Origin: a virus | Length of the DNA: 39,106 nt | UHGV virus genome: UHGV-1488538 | Strand: one strand, 5' to 3' | Shown here: positions 24,761-34,026 of the stretch, in pieces | How positions within the stretch are numbered: position 1 is the first letter of the stretch | Layout: each line of letters opens with the position of its first letter | Translations under genes and position numbers: made by a program | Notes under the pieces: generated by a model | Databases searched by the model: none | Seen by the model: only the letters and a program-made list of their open reading frames with translations | What the model was told of the DNA's origin: nothing

Positions 24761-27274
24761 ATGCCAGTTGTACCAACAACATCGGGCCGTCAGGTTCAGA
24801 GCAGAGGGATTTCGACGCAGGGATTCTCATCGTTTCAGACACCAAATGTCGGTGATGTACTTGGCGATGTTGCAGAGCAATATGCAGGTATTATTGCGCA
24901 GGCAAAACAGCGTGCGAATGTTGCTATGGCTCAGGATGCTTCTCTTAGCTTAAGCCAGATAAGCAGCGATCTGCTGAATAACCCTGAAACAGGTTTGCTT
25001 AACCTGCAAGGGAAAAATGCTATTGGAAAAGGTCAGGAGTATACGCAGCAGTTTGATGCTCAGGTCGAACAACTGGCTATGTCGCTGCCGGATGAACAGG
25101 CTCGTAATGCTTTCATGCAGCAGGCGCAGCAGCAGCGCATTCAGTTCACTACGCAGGCCGGGCGGCACGAGATAGGGCAAATAAATGCCTACGAAGAAGG
25201 CCAGTTTCAGGCTACGCTGCTGAACAATGGTAAAAATGCCGCAGCATTGTATGGCGACAACGCCGCATACGTATTGGCTAATAAGCAAACTTTCCAGCAA
25301 ATTGAGGATTACGGCATTGCACATGGCTGGAGTGACGAGCAAATCCAGGCCAAGAAAATCGAGTTTAAAGAAGCAACAGCAAAAGCAACTGCTCAAAATG
25401 CTATTGGAGCAAACTATCTTCAGGTAAGACAGCAAAACGGCGAGTTAAGCGATACTGCTGCTGGTTCTCGCCGTGCTGTAGCAGATAGTGGCTCTTCCGA
25501 TCGTACCCGCGGTATACGCAACAATAACCCCGGCAATCTTGAATACAGCAAAACTAATCCGTGGGTTGGGCAGACTGGTGATGATGGTCGCTTTGCCAAA
25601 TTCGAAACCCCTGAACACGGTATTCGTGCATTAGGGCGGAACCTGATGTCGTATCAGCGGCAGGGTATTGATACCGTCAGCGAGATAATTAATCGCTGGG
25701 CACCGCCTACTGATAAAAATGACACTATGTCGTATATCAAAGCAGTGTGCGAACAACTTGGCGTTTCTGCTGATGAGCCTCTCGATGCATCAAATCCTGA
25801 TACCCTGAAGGCGCTTTGTGCAGCCATTATCCATCATGAAAACGGTAGCCAGCCATACAGTGATCAGCAGTTAACTGCAGGTGTTAGTGCTGCGCTGGGG
25901 CTTTCTCAGCTACCGACAAAAAATAAACGTTATACCGGTGTAGCCTGGTTCGATGCTTTAAGTGAATCAGATCAGGCCAGCGTGTTGCGACAGACTGATG
26001 CACTAGCCAGACAACAGCAGGCTGAATATAAAACGATGCTCGACAGCCGGGTTCGCGATGCGACGGCTGCGTATATGCGTGGCATTGAATTTCCTAACCC
26101 ACCTGGTGAGGATGATTTTATTGCAGCTTATGGAGTCAGAGAAGGAAACCTGCGATATACCGAGTTTAAGAATACGCAGATCGCCGGACAGTATATAGGC
26201 TCTTTCCGCAACATGCCGACAAGCAGCATTACAGCATATGTTGAGCAATTACGCCCGGATACTGGTGATACAGGGGAGGGGTATGCGGCACGCGCAACTC
26301 TTTATGACAACGTTGTTTCGGCTGCAAATCAGGTGATAAAGCAGCGGCAGTCGGATCCTGTGCAGTTCTCTCTTGCCTCCGGACAGGCAAAGCCTATCGA
26401 CATGAGCAATAAGGATAACTTTGGACAGAGCGTTGCCTTGCGTGCCGCTCAGGTCAGTGACCTTGCTAAGTCATATGGCACTCCACTGACGTTCTTTTCC
26501 AAAGACGAGGCCAATCAGATCGGTGTTTTCTTTCGTGATGCTCCAGTTTCCCAACAGGCAGCATATCTCGATACCATCAGGCAGAGCACTGGTGGTGGGC
26601 AGGTGTATATGTCAGCACTACAGCAGATCAGTGCCAACGCTCCATCTGCTGCCGTTGCCGGGATACTGATGGATAAGCCTGGTGGTATTTTGGCAGAAAA
26701 AAACTGGTTTAATCCGGATGTTTCCGTGTCTCCTGAAACCGCTGCGCAGACAATTCTTGCTGGCGCGGCGGCTCGTAAAGGTACTGATGATGCGAAAGGT
26801 ATTCCGATGCCTAAAGATGCTGATCTTCGCCTTGAGTTTTCTGACATGGTGAAGGATGCATTTGCTGGTGACGCTCAGGGCGCATCAATGGCATACGAGA
26901 TCGCAAAGGATTATTACGCTGGTGTGATGGCGAAAAAAGGCGTGGTATCAGGCGAAATTGACAATGATGTCTGGAAACAGGCTGTTAACGTAGCTACAGG
27001 TGGCGTGCATGACTATAACGGAATGGGGAATGTCCTTTTGCCGTGGGGAATGTCTGCAGAGCAATTCGATAAGCAGGTTAATCAGGCTTGGAATGAACAA
27101 GTTGTCGGCTCCGGGATAAAAACACCGCCTGGTCAGTATGGTTTGCAAAGTTACGGCGATAGTCAGTACCTGGTGAAACTTGGTACTGGTTATCTGCTGA
27201 AAGATGATGGTTCTCCCGTTGTTCTTAATCTGACACAGAAGCGTCAGAGATTCTCCGGAGATATTCCGCAATGA
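24761..27274 (+). CDS. Internal virion/ejection protein (gp15-like), possible peptidoglycan-hydrolase domain
   Basis: 837 aa; segment RGIRNNNPGNLEYSKTNPWVGQTGDDGRFAKFETPEHGIRALGRNL reminiscent of phage structural lysozyme domains (tentative). Confidence 0.6.
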   Translation: MPVVPTTSGRQVQSRGISTQGFSSFQTPNVGDVLGDVAEQYAGIIAQAKQRANVAMAQDASLSLSQISSDLLNNPETGLLNLQGKNAIGKGQEYTQQFDAQVEQLAMSLPDEQARNAFMQQAQQQRIQFTTQAGRHEIGQINAYEEGQFQATLLNNGKNAAALYGDNAAYVLANKQTFQQIEDYGIAHGWSDEQIQAKKIEFKEATAKATAQNAIGANYLQVRQQNGELSDTAAGSRRAVADSGSSDRTRGIRNNNPGNLEYSKTNPWVGQTGDDGRFAKFETPEHGIRALGRNLMSYQRQGIDTVSEIINRWAPPTDKNDTMSYIKAVCEQLGVSADEPLDASNPDTLKALCAAIIHHENGSQPYSDQQLTAGVSAALGLSQLPTKNKRYTGVAWFDALSESDQASVLRQTDALARQQQAEYKTMLDSRVRDATAAYMRGIEFPNPPGEDDFIAAYGVREGNLRYTEFKNTQIAGQYIGSFRNMPTSSITAYVEQLRPDTGDTGEGYAARATLYDNVVSAANQVIKQRQSDPVQFSLASGQAKPIDMSNKDNFGQSVALRAAQVSDLAKSYGTPLTFFSKDEANQIGVFFRDAPVSQQAAYLDTIRQSTGGGQVYMSALQQISANAPSAAVAGILMDKPGGILAEKNWFNPDVSVSPETAAQTILAGAAARKGTDDAKGIPMPKDADLRLEFSDMVKDAFAGDAQGASMAYEIAKDYYAGVMAKKGVVSGEIDNDVWKQAVNVATGGVHDYNGMGNVLLPWGMSAEQFDKQVNQAWNEQVVGSGIKTPPGQYGLQSYGDSQYLVKLGTGYLLKDDGSPVVLNLTQKRQRFSGDIPQ

Positions 27275-29073
27275 GTTACTTTGGCCTTAATCCAGTAAAC
27301 CAGAATCAGCAGCTTGACGAAGCAGCATCAAATCCAGCTGGCTTTAACAGCGATGTTGGTTTTTTCGACAATGCTGTAGGAGCGGCATTGTCTGGTTTGT
27401 ACTCCGGGCTGGTGGCAAAGCCAGATCAGTTGCTATGGGCAGGGATGGATAAAATCGTATCCCCGATTGCTCAGTTTGTTAACGAAAACACCTCGATCAA
27501 TGACACTTCAGTTTCATACATTGCTGAGCAGAGAAAACTAGCAGAGCAGCAGGTTAAGCGGCTGACGCCTGATGCCGCGACAACCGGAACCGCCGGGCAG
27601 GTCCTTTATGGGTTGTTCGATATGGGCGGGCAGGCTGTTGTCGGTACAACGCTCGGTGGTCCGGTCGGAGGTGCTGCGGCGGTAACTTCTCTACAGGGTT
27701 TTTCTGAGTTTGAACGGCTTACAGCACAGGGTGTTGATTTCAGGACGGCGCAGGAAGCGGGATTAGTGCAGGGTATTACTGCTGGTGCCGGAACACTGAT
27801 CCCTATGAGCCTCGGGTTACGTGCTGGTGGTGCGCTGGCGGAAGGTGTGGCGGCTCAGCTTGCGCGGACGGGTGAAAGTTCAGTGCGACGCGCCGCAGCA
27901 ACAGCAGTACGTGCAACGCCAGATATTGCCTATGCCGCAGGTACAAATATTGCGTTCGGTATGGCACAGCGTGGGCTTACTGCAAAAACGCTTCGTGATG
28001 GTGGCTATAGCGAAATGGCTAACCAGTATGATGTGTTGGATCGACAGGCAATTGCTATTGATGCTGTTCTTGGGGTGGCGTTTGGTGGTGTCGGCAGATT
28101 TATTAACTCTCGCGGCGAGTCTACAAGCGCACCAAATTTTTCACCAGTTGATATCGATGCTGCACTGGCGGCGAATGCCGCTCATCATGCTGAAATTGAT
28201 ATTGCTCCCGGCGTGCCGATCAACGTGCTTTCGCGTAATTCGCACATTCAGGCTCTGCGAAAAGCCATGTCTGATGTTAGCCAGGGGAGACCTGTAGACG
28301 TTGCCAGCATTGTTGAGTCTGCATCTTTCAGTGAAATTCCTGGACGCAAGAGTCTGCTGTCTCAGGCAGTTAATGAGGCTCTGTCATCTGTAGATGATGG
28401 AGTAACGGCGCGCGCTATAGAAAATCGGTTGCTTGAAGAACAGGCCGCGCAGCTTTTGCCGCGTGGCGATAGACAGGTTTACCAGTCTGAAATCGCTAAT
28501 AGCCAACGAATTATTGAAAATCTCACTGAACAGCGCGCACAAATTCTTGCAGAAGATCCAGCCGGTAGCGGTAAGGCTTTATCTCGTGCTCGATCAGATA
28601 AACAGGCCAGACTTCGCGATATTGACCAACGAATCCGGCAGGCACAAGAACGCCTGGAATTTTCTCGTAACGCGTTGGCACCGCATGAGCCTGGCGGTCA
28701 GTTTTTTGAAGCTCGAGCAGAACTGGCTCGGAGACAGCAGGCAGAAAGTGAACTTAATGCTCAGGCTGTTTCATTCTATAAAACAGCAGAGGTCAGGACG
28801 CCAGACGAAGTAGCTCCTTTTGAGCCTGATAAAATATTGCAACAGGCAGAACAAAAAATGATGTCAGATCAGGCAGGAGATATTGATTTGCGCATAGCTG
28901 AAGACTCGCTGCTTGAATCACCTGACATGATAATCACCGTGCTGGATGATGATGGTAATCCACAATCGCGCAGTGCGCGTGAAGCACTGGATGAAGCGAA
29001 CAGGGAAAGTGAGCAGGCAATACAGGATTCCAGCCTGTTTGATGTCGCTGTGGCGTGTTTCTTGAGAGGTTAA
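27271..29073 (+). CDS. Internal virion/ejection protein
   Basis: 600 aa; gene order. Confidence 0.55.
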   Translation: MSYFGLNPVNQNQQLDEAASNPAGFNSDVGFFDNAVGAALSGLYSGLVAKPDQLLWAGMDKIVSPIAQFVNENTSINDTSVSYIAEQRKLAEQQVKRLTPDAATTGTAGQVLYGLFDMGGQAVVGTTLGGPVGGAAAVTSLQGFSEFERLTAQGVDFRTAQEAGLVQGITAGAGTLIPMSLGLRAGGALAEGVAAQLARTGESSVRRAAATAVRATPDIAYAAGTNIAFGMAQRGLTAKTLRDGGYSEMANQYDVLDRQAIAIDAVLGVAFGGVGRFINSRGESTSAPNFSPVDIDAALAANAAHHAEIDIAPGVPINVLSRNSHIQALRKAMSDVSQGRPVDVASIVESASFSEIPGRKSLLSQAVNEALSSVDDGVTARAIENRLLEEQAAQLLPRGDRQVYQSEIANSQRIIENLTEQRAQILAEDPAGSGKALSRARSDKQARLRDIDQRIRQAQERLEFSRNALAPHEPGGQFFEARAELARRQQAESELNAQAVSFYKTAEVRTPDEVAPFEPDKILQQAEQKMMSDQAGDIDLRIAEDSLLESPDMIITVLDDDGNPQSRSAREALDEANRESEQAIQDSSLFDVAVACFLRG

Positions 29074-29078
29074 ATTAA

Positions 29079-31553
29079 ATGAGACAGGAATGTATACAAG
29101 CGGTTCAGCAGGCGGCGCAGCGCATGTTAACGGCGCGAGAAATACAGAACATTGAAGACCGCATTTATCGAAATATGCGCTCCATTGCTCGTGATGACCC
29201 TATGTCGTGGCGACAACTTTCCGAATCAGAGCGGCTATATCGAGCAGCACAATTGGCATCTGAAGAATTACAGCGAGAAGCGGCATTAAAGAAACGTCGT
29301 GTGGCTCTCACTATAGCCGCGCGTCAGAGATTGGATAAATTTATCAATAGCTATCAAGGGGCTGATGGGAAACTTGGCGCTCTTAACCGTACTATAGCTT
29401 TTAATGCAGACGGTAAATCTAATTTCCTCTCTGTTGAATCCAGAACAAAAGCCACCCGTGATTATGCATTGAGTCAATTGCAGGAGGCATTCGAAGCAGT
29501 TGATCCTCGCTTTTTTGGTCTGTTTGAAGATGAAGCGGGCGTACGTGACCTGGTATATGAAATGCGGGGGCAAAATACTGGCAATGCTAAAGCAAGAAAC
29601 GGTGCTAAGGCGTGGAGAGAAGTTACAGAGCTGCTGCGCCGCCGGTTTAATGATGCTGGTGGGGACATTGGCTATCTCGAAAACTGGGGGATCCCTCAAC
29701 ATCATTCTATGGAAAAGGTTGGGGCAGTATCAAAGGATAAGTGGGTTAGCGATGTTATAGGTAAGCTGGATCGCAAATATTATATCCGAGCCGATGGACA
29801 ACTGATGAACGATGCAGAGTTGTCTTCATTTCTTGGAGAGGCTTATAACACGATCGCTACTGGTGGGCTGAATAAGCTTACTGATACCGGAATGCGAATT
29901 TCCGGCGCACGTGCTAACCGTGGTAATGCATCACGACAGATACATTTCAAAGATGCAGATTCCTATCTGCAATATCAGCAACTTTATGGCGATCGCTCTC
30001 TATGGGAAATCATGGTCTGTCACCTGGAAGGTATCAGTAAAGATATTGCACTGGTGGAAACATATGGCCCAAACCCCGATCATGTTTTCCGCTCTCTTCT
30101 TGATCAGGTGAAGGCAGAAACGGCAACAGTTAACCCGAGTAAAACCGGTAAAGTCGAGCGGCTGGCGAACAACACAGAGAATCTGTACAACTTTATTTCC
30201 GGAAAGACACAGCCTGTAGCGAATCCGCACATCGCGCGATGGTCTGACAATATCCGCAACTGGCTGGTTGCCAGCAGACTCGGATCCGCGTTGCTGTCAT
30301 CGTTCTCTGATCTTGGAACCATGTATCTGTCTGCGAAGGTTACCAACCTTCCAATGAACCAGTTATTCCGCAACCAGCTTGAAGCTATGGACCCAACGAA
30401 CCGTACAGAACTTGCGCGGGCGCGCCGCGCTGGTCTGGCGATGGAATCTCTACTTGGCAGCGTTAACCGCTGGGCGATGGATAATATGGGGCCGTCAGTG
30501 TCTCGTTGGGCGGCAACGGCGGTAATGCGTGCCAGTGGGCTTACAGCATGGTCAGATGCGCACAAGCGCGCCTATGGCGTAACCATGATGGGAAGCCTGG
30601 GAGAAGTAGTGTCACGGACACCAGACCTTCGTAGCCTCGATGACTCTGATTTTCGTATCCTGAAAAGCAAAGGGATTACTGACACAGACTGGAGCGTATG
30701 GAAGCTGGCGAAACAGGAGGACTGGGGGAACGGTAATAATACGATGCTGACACCGGAAAGCATTATGCGTATCCCTGATTCAGCAGTTAAACATCTTGGT
30801 GAGCCTGAACGCGTGAAATTTGAGGCAATGCGTAAACTGCTCGGTGCCGTAACTGAAGAAGTTGATATGGCTGTTATTACACCGGGAGCACGTGAGCAAC
30901 TGATAACCGGTTCTGGTATTCAGCGTGGAACATGGAAAGGTGAATTAACGAGAAGTGTTTTCCTGTTTAAATCGTTCCCTATCTCGGTTGTTATGCGTCA
31001 CTGGTCACGCGCTATGGGTATGCCGTCTGCTGGTGGGCGTGCGGCATATATTGCGACGTTTATTGCCAGTACGACCATTCTTGGCGCTTTGTCGCAGCAA
31101 CTTAACGACCTTGCGTCTGGTCGTAATCCTCGAGAGATGACAGGAGAAGATGCCGCAAAATTCTGGCTTGGTGCTCTACTGAAAGGTGGTGGTCTTGGCC
31201 TTTACGGTGACTTTTTATTGTCAGATCACACTAGGTACGGAAGCGGCGCGCTGGCGTCGATGCTTGGCCCGGTAGCTGGTCTGGTTGATGACGTAGTGAA
31301 GATTGCTCAGGGCATACCGTTAAATGCTGTGGAAGGGAAGAGTGAGCAGACTGGTGGTGATCTGGTGAAGCTGGGGAAAGGTTTGATGCCTGGTGCGAAT
31401 CTCTGGTACTTGAAGGCGGCTCTCGATCACATGATCTTTAACCAGATGCAGGAGTATTTTTCACCAGGCTATTTGCGTAAAATGGAGCAACGTTCGAAGA
31501 AAGAGTTTAACCAGACATACTGGTGGCGACCACAGGATGTCACTCCGCAATAA
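29079..31553 (+). CDS. Internal virion/ejection protein (gp16-like)
   Basis: 824 aa; gene order. Confidence 0.55.
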   Translation: MRQECIQAVQQAAQRMLTAREIQNIEDRIYRNMRSIARDDPMSWRQLSESERLYRAAQLASEELQREAALKKRRVALTIAARQRLDKFINSYQGADGKLGALNRTIAFNADGKSNFLSVESRTKATRDYALSQLQEAFEAVDPRFFGLFEDEAGVRDLVYEMRGQNTGNAKARNGAKAWREVTELLRRRFNDAGGDIGYLENWGIPQHHSMEKVGAVSKDKWVSDVIGKLDRKYYIRADGQLMNDAELSSFLGEAYNTIATGGLNKLTDTGMRISGARANRGNASRQIHFKDADSYLQYQQLYGDRSLWEIMVCHLEGISKDIALVETYGPNPDHVFRSLLDQVKAETATVNPSKTGKVERLANNTENLYNFISGKTQPVANPHIARWSDNIRNWLVASRLGSALLSSFSDLGTMYLSAKVTNLPMNQLFRNQLEAMDPTNRTELARARRAGLAMESLLGSVNRWAMDNMGPSVSRWAATAVMRASGLTAWSDAHKRAYGVTMMGSLGEVVSRTPDLRSLDDSDFRILKSKGITDTDWSVWKLAKQEDWGNGNNTMLTPESIMRIPDSAVKHLGEPERVKFEAMRKLLGAVTEEVDMAVITPGAREQLITGSGIQRGTWKGELTRSVFLFKSFPISVVMRHWSRAMGMPSAGGRAAYIATFIASTTILGALSQQLNDLASGRNPREMTGEDAAKFWLGALLKGGGLGLYGDFLLSDHTRYGSGALASMLGPVAGLVDDVVKIAQGIPLNAVEGKSEQTGGDLVKLGKGLMPGANLWYLKAALDHMIFNQMQEYFSPGYLRKMEQRSKKEFNQTYWWRPQDVTPQ

Positions 31554-31561
31554 AAGGAGAT

Positions 31562-31687
31562 ATGATGGTTCAAATAACTTTTATTGTACTAATATGTGCA
31601 GCGTTTTTATGCTATTCATACATTTTGATAAAAATGGGTTTCAATTGGAATCTCTGTTGCGTGCAGCGGCATGGTTCGGCTTTGTAG
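31562..31687 (+). CDS. Small hydrophobic peptide (41 aa), putative membrane protein
   Basis: AAGGAGA RBS then ATGATG; product MMVQITFIVLICAAFLCYSYILIKMG...; alternative overlapping track ORF 31537-31725 in another frame. Confidence 0.3.
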   Translation: MMVQITFIVLICAAFLCYSYILIKMGFNWNLCCVQRHGSAL

Positions 31688-31772
31688 TATTCGGAATTGT
31701 ATTGTTCGGAAGAATAATAAAATAACTAGTTAATTTGTGGATTGGTGCTGTTTTTCCATGATAGGGGTAATT

Positions 31773-32153
31773 ATGAGAAAAGTATTTTTGATTTTTGGAT
31801 TTATGCTTCTCGTTGGATGCCAGTCAGCTGCACAGTTTGAAAGAAATATGCTTACGTGGCGCGGGCAGAGTATAGACGCAATGGTTCAGCAGTGGGGGTA
31901 TCCTCAGGGAGAGCTTACATCTCCAGATGGAAACAGAGTGTATGTTTACTCAAGCTCTGGTAGTTATAACGTACCACAAACCACAACGTATAATACTACG
32001 TCTAATCTAATTGGTAATACTATATATTCAAACACATACGCAACAACTGATGGCGGTTATACACTCCATTTCAGTTGCTCTGTTTACGTTGAGTTTGGTG
32101 CTGATAAGATTATTAAAAATGTTACATGGCGCGGTAATAATTGCGTTGCGTGA
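31773..32153 (+). CDS. Lipoprotein (signal peptide plus lipobox LLVGC), moron
   Basis: MRKVFLIFGFMLLVGCQS...; AGGGG RBS; AT-rich relative to surroundings; track ORF from 31737. Confidence 0.7.
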   Translation: MRKVFLIFGFMLLVGCQSAAQFERNMLTWRGQSIDAMVQQWGYPQGELTSPDGNRVYVYSSSGSYNVPQTTTYNTTSNLIGNTIYSNTYATTDGGYTLHFSCSVYVEFGADKIIKNVTWRGNNCVA

Positions 32154-32161
32154 CATGTCAC
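32150..32161. repeat. 12-bp palindrome GTGACATGTCAC (copy 3 of 3)
   Basis: Exact; overlaps lipoprotein stop codon, abuts terminator. Confidence 0.7.
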
Positions 32162-32162
32162 A

Positions 32163-32186
32163 GGCCGCTTTCGCGGCCTTGTTTTT
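32163..32186 (+). terminator. Rho-independent terminator (GGCCGC-tttc-GCGGCC-TTGTTTTT)
   Basis: 6-bp GC stem plus T-run. Confidence 0.7.
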
Positions 32187-32225
32187 AACGAATGCCACCG
32201 CCGCCAGGGCGGGAATCCGCAGACA

Positions 32226-32248
32226 CAAAAAAGCCCGCGTCGCGGGCT
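32226..32248 (-). terminator. Rho-independent terminator on minus strand (GCCCGCG hairpin plus U-run)
   Basis: Convergent with the previous terminator; follows the 211-aa gene. Confidence 0.65.
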
Positions 32249-32255
32249 TAAAGAA

Positions 32256-32891
32256 CTATTTTATTGGCAGCTTATGCTTTGAAATTATGGCCAATCTGTT
32301 TTGGAAGTTTTCCGCATCACCCCACAACCAGGTTTCACCTTTCTCAAGCTCTTCCTCGTTATTCATCTCTATCAGCTCGCATGTCATCATGTCGTAACCA
32401 TAGAGGTGGAGGCCAAGTTCCAGTGCGTCATACATGCGAGCCTGCCAGAACGACATGCCTTCATGAGTCTGGTTGCGATCTGACACGATGATATCGTACC
32501 GTTCCAAGAGGTAGTTCATGAAGATGATGCCGGCGAAATCATGAAGCACAGCACGATGCTTAGGCTTCTGGGTTCTCCATACCAATATCTGCGTGACAGG
32601 ACGGCAGTTAAGATAGCTGTCAGGCTGGATAATGACACGATTGTAATACACTACCTCTTCGGTGAGGTCATTTATCAATGACAGTTCAAAGTGCGCCTGT
32701 GGAATCTCGCCTTTCTTACGATCGTCTACACGGACAACGCGGTATCCAGGAGCCAGAGAAACGCCTTTGACATCAGATGTGACATCGTTGCCGTTCACTA
32801 ACTCTGAATACAGGGCGCGGTTGTCTGGAGTTTCGTTCAGATGAGCGAAAACCTCAGTTACCTTTGCCGGATTCAGCAGTTGTTGTGGCAT
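32256..32891 (-). CDS. Hypothetical protein (211 aa), immI-region gene of unknown function
   Basis: ORF track; own upstream operator sites. Confidence 0.6.
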   Translation of the reverse strand: MPQQLLNPAKVTEVFAHLNETPDNRALYSELVNGNDVTSDVKGVSLAPGYRVVRVDDRKKGEIPQAHFELSLINDLTEEVVYYNRVIIQPDSYLNCRPVTQILVWRTQKPKHRAVLHDFAGIIFMNYLLERYDIIVSDRNQTHEGMSFWQARMYDALELGLHLYGYDMMTCELIEMNNEEELEKGETWLWGDAENFQNRLAIISKHKLPIK

Positions 32892-32932
32892 ACATCACCT
32901 CATAATATATAGATGCTTCTTTAAGCGGGATT

Positions 32933-32947
32933 TACCATTAGGGTAAA
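32933..32947. promoter_or_regulatory. Operator TTACC-ATTAG-GGTAA upstream of 211-aa gene
   Basis: Perfect palindrome about 42 bp upstream of start; coordinates +/-1. Confidence 0.65.
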
Positions 32948-33032
32948 TGAACTATCCGAATGTTAAACGCCTTCGTACTCGTCAAATTTTCTCATGTGGG
33001 CTCCTCCTGTATCGGTGCCTAATCGCTATGGA

Positions 33033-33047
33033 TCACCCGTAAGGTAA
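33033..33047. promoter_or_regulatory. Operator-like TCACC-CGTAA-GGTAA
   Basis: 1 mismatch. Confidence 0.45.
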
Positions 33048-33120
33048 TAGTACTCTATTCACCCCCCTGTCTGCAATCGTACAGAATTATTTAAAGGCAC
33101 ATCCCTGTGCCGCCGTTCTG

Positions 33121-33831
33121 TCAGAAGAACCCTGCCTTGTCGTTGATGTACTCCGCGTGGGTCTGGATATCACGCAGGCATTTGCTCACACCGACGATGT
33201 AGCAGAACATGGTGGTCAGCTCCGCCGCCGCGCCCGATACATCGTGCCCGTCTTCCTGTAACTGGTTCAGCAGATTCATCAGCAGTGAGTTCTCCGTCAG
33301 GCCGAGAACACCAGACGGCGAATGAATCAGGCTGCGGTAGCCGGGCTTCAGTGGGGCGCTGTAGGTTTTGTTCTCTATCTTCATCGCCTGCATTACTGCT
33401 GACGCCGTGGCGTTGGCTACCTGGTCGGCAACCATCTTTATGCGTTCTTCCTGCGGGAGCGAGTTTTTAATGTAACTTCCGGTGCGGCGGATCTGAGGAA
33501 GAACCTCACCTGTAACCCATTTACGAAAGCGGTAGGGGATAGTGCCTGGTGTCACTGCGTCGCGGCAGCGGAGGATCAGTGTGTAGAGGCCTGACTCGGA
33601 GATAATGTTGATCTCTTTTACTCGGCTGTCAAAAATTGCACGATGTTCATGCCCTATGTTGAACATAGACCTTTCATCATCATCCAGTTTTTCAAGTGCT
33701 TGGGTGACGTTTTGGATACGCAGCGCACTACAAACGTCTTGGGCTACAAACCATGGTTGGCCATCGATAATGATGGAACGGATAGGGTTAACAGATTCAA
33801 ATTTGAAGATGGCAGTTTGAGCATTAGCCAT
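33121..33831 (-). CDS. Antirepressor (Bro-N/KilA-N N-terminal domain plus C-terminal domain)
   Basis: N-terminus FKFESVNPIRSIIIDGQPWFVAQDVCSALRI is a classic Bro-N/Ant signature; start at ATG 33831 with GGAG RBS (track GTG at 33846). Confidence 0.8.
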   Translation of the reverse strand: MANAQTAIFKFESVNPIRSIIIDGQPWFVAQDVCSALRIQNVTQALEKLDDDERSMFNIGHEHRAIFDSRVKEINIISESGLYTLILRCRDAVTPGTIPYRFRKWVTGEVLPQIRRTGSYIKNSLPQEERIKMVADQVANATASAVMQAMKIENKTYSAPLKPGYRSLIHSPSGVLGLTENSLLMNLLNQLQEDGHDVSGAAAELTTMFCYIVGVSKCLRDIQTHAEYINDKAGFF

Positions 33832-33859
33832 GGTGGTTATCTCCACTTAGTGATTTTAA

Positions 33860-33890
33860 TCACCACCGCAACGCCAATTACTGGTGGTGA
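33860..33890 (-). promoter_or_regulatory. Leader hairpin TCACCACC/GGTGGTGA with alternative pairing to ACCACC at ant start codon
   Basis: 8-bp inverted repeat; a third complementary hexamer lies immediately 5' of the ant ATG. Confidence 0.4.
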
Positions 33891-33986
33891 ACTGGACAAG
33901 GTTGGCGTACCGGCCTAAGTGGTACCGGCGTCCTTTCGGACCCCTGCCCAGCCCACCATAATTCGGATATAGCTGTGCTTAACGCA

Positions 33987-34010
33987 TAAAAAAACCACGT
34001 CTGGCGTGGT
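33987..34010 (-). terminator. Intrinsic terminator within ant leader (ACCACG-ccaga-CGTGGT plus U7)
   Basis: Hairpin followed by 7 T on minus strand. Confidence 0.55.
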
Positions 34011-34026
34011 ATGCGCCACTTAGTAA

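Noticed and set aside
27271-31553. Possible frameshifted or split gp16 (600 aa plus 824 aa)
   Set aside because: Both ORFs have their own start codons, separated by a clean 5-nt intergenic gap; no evidence of disruption, so not called a pseudogene.
33068-33085. CTGT...ACAG pair upstream of the 211-aa gene
   Set aside because: Spacer is 10 nt rather than 8 and lacks the AT-rich centre; not called a LexA site.
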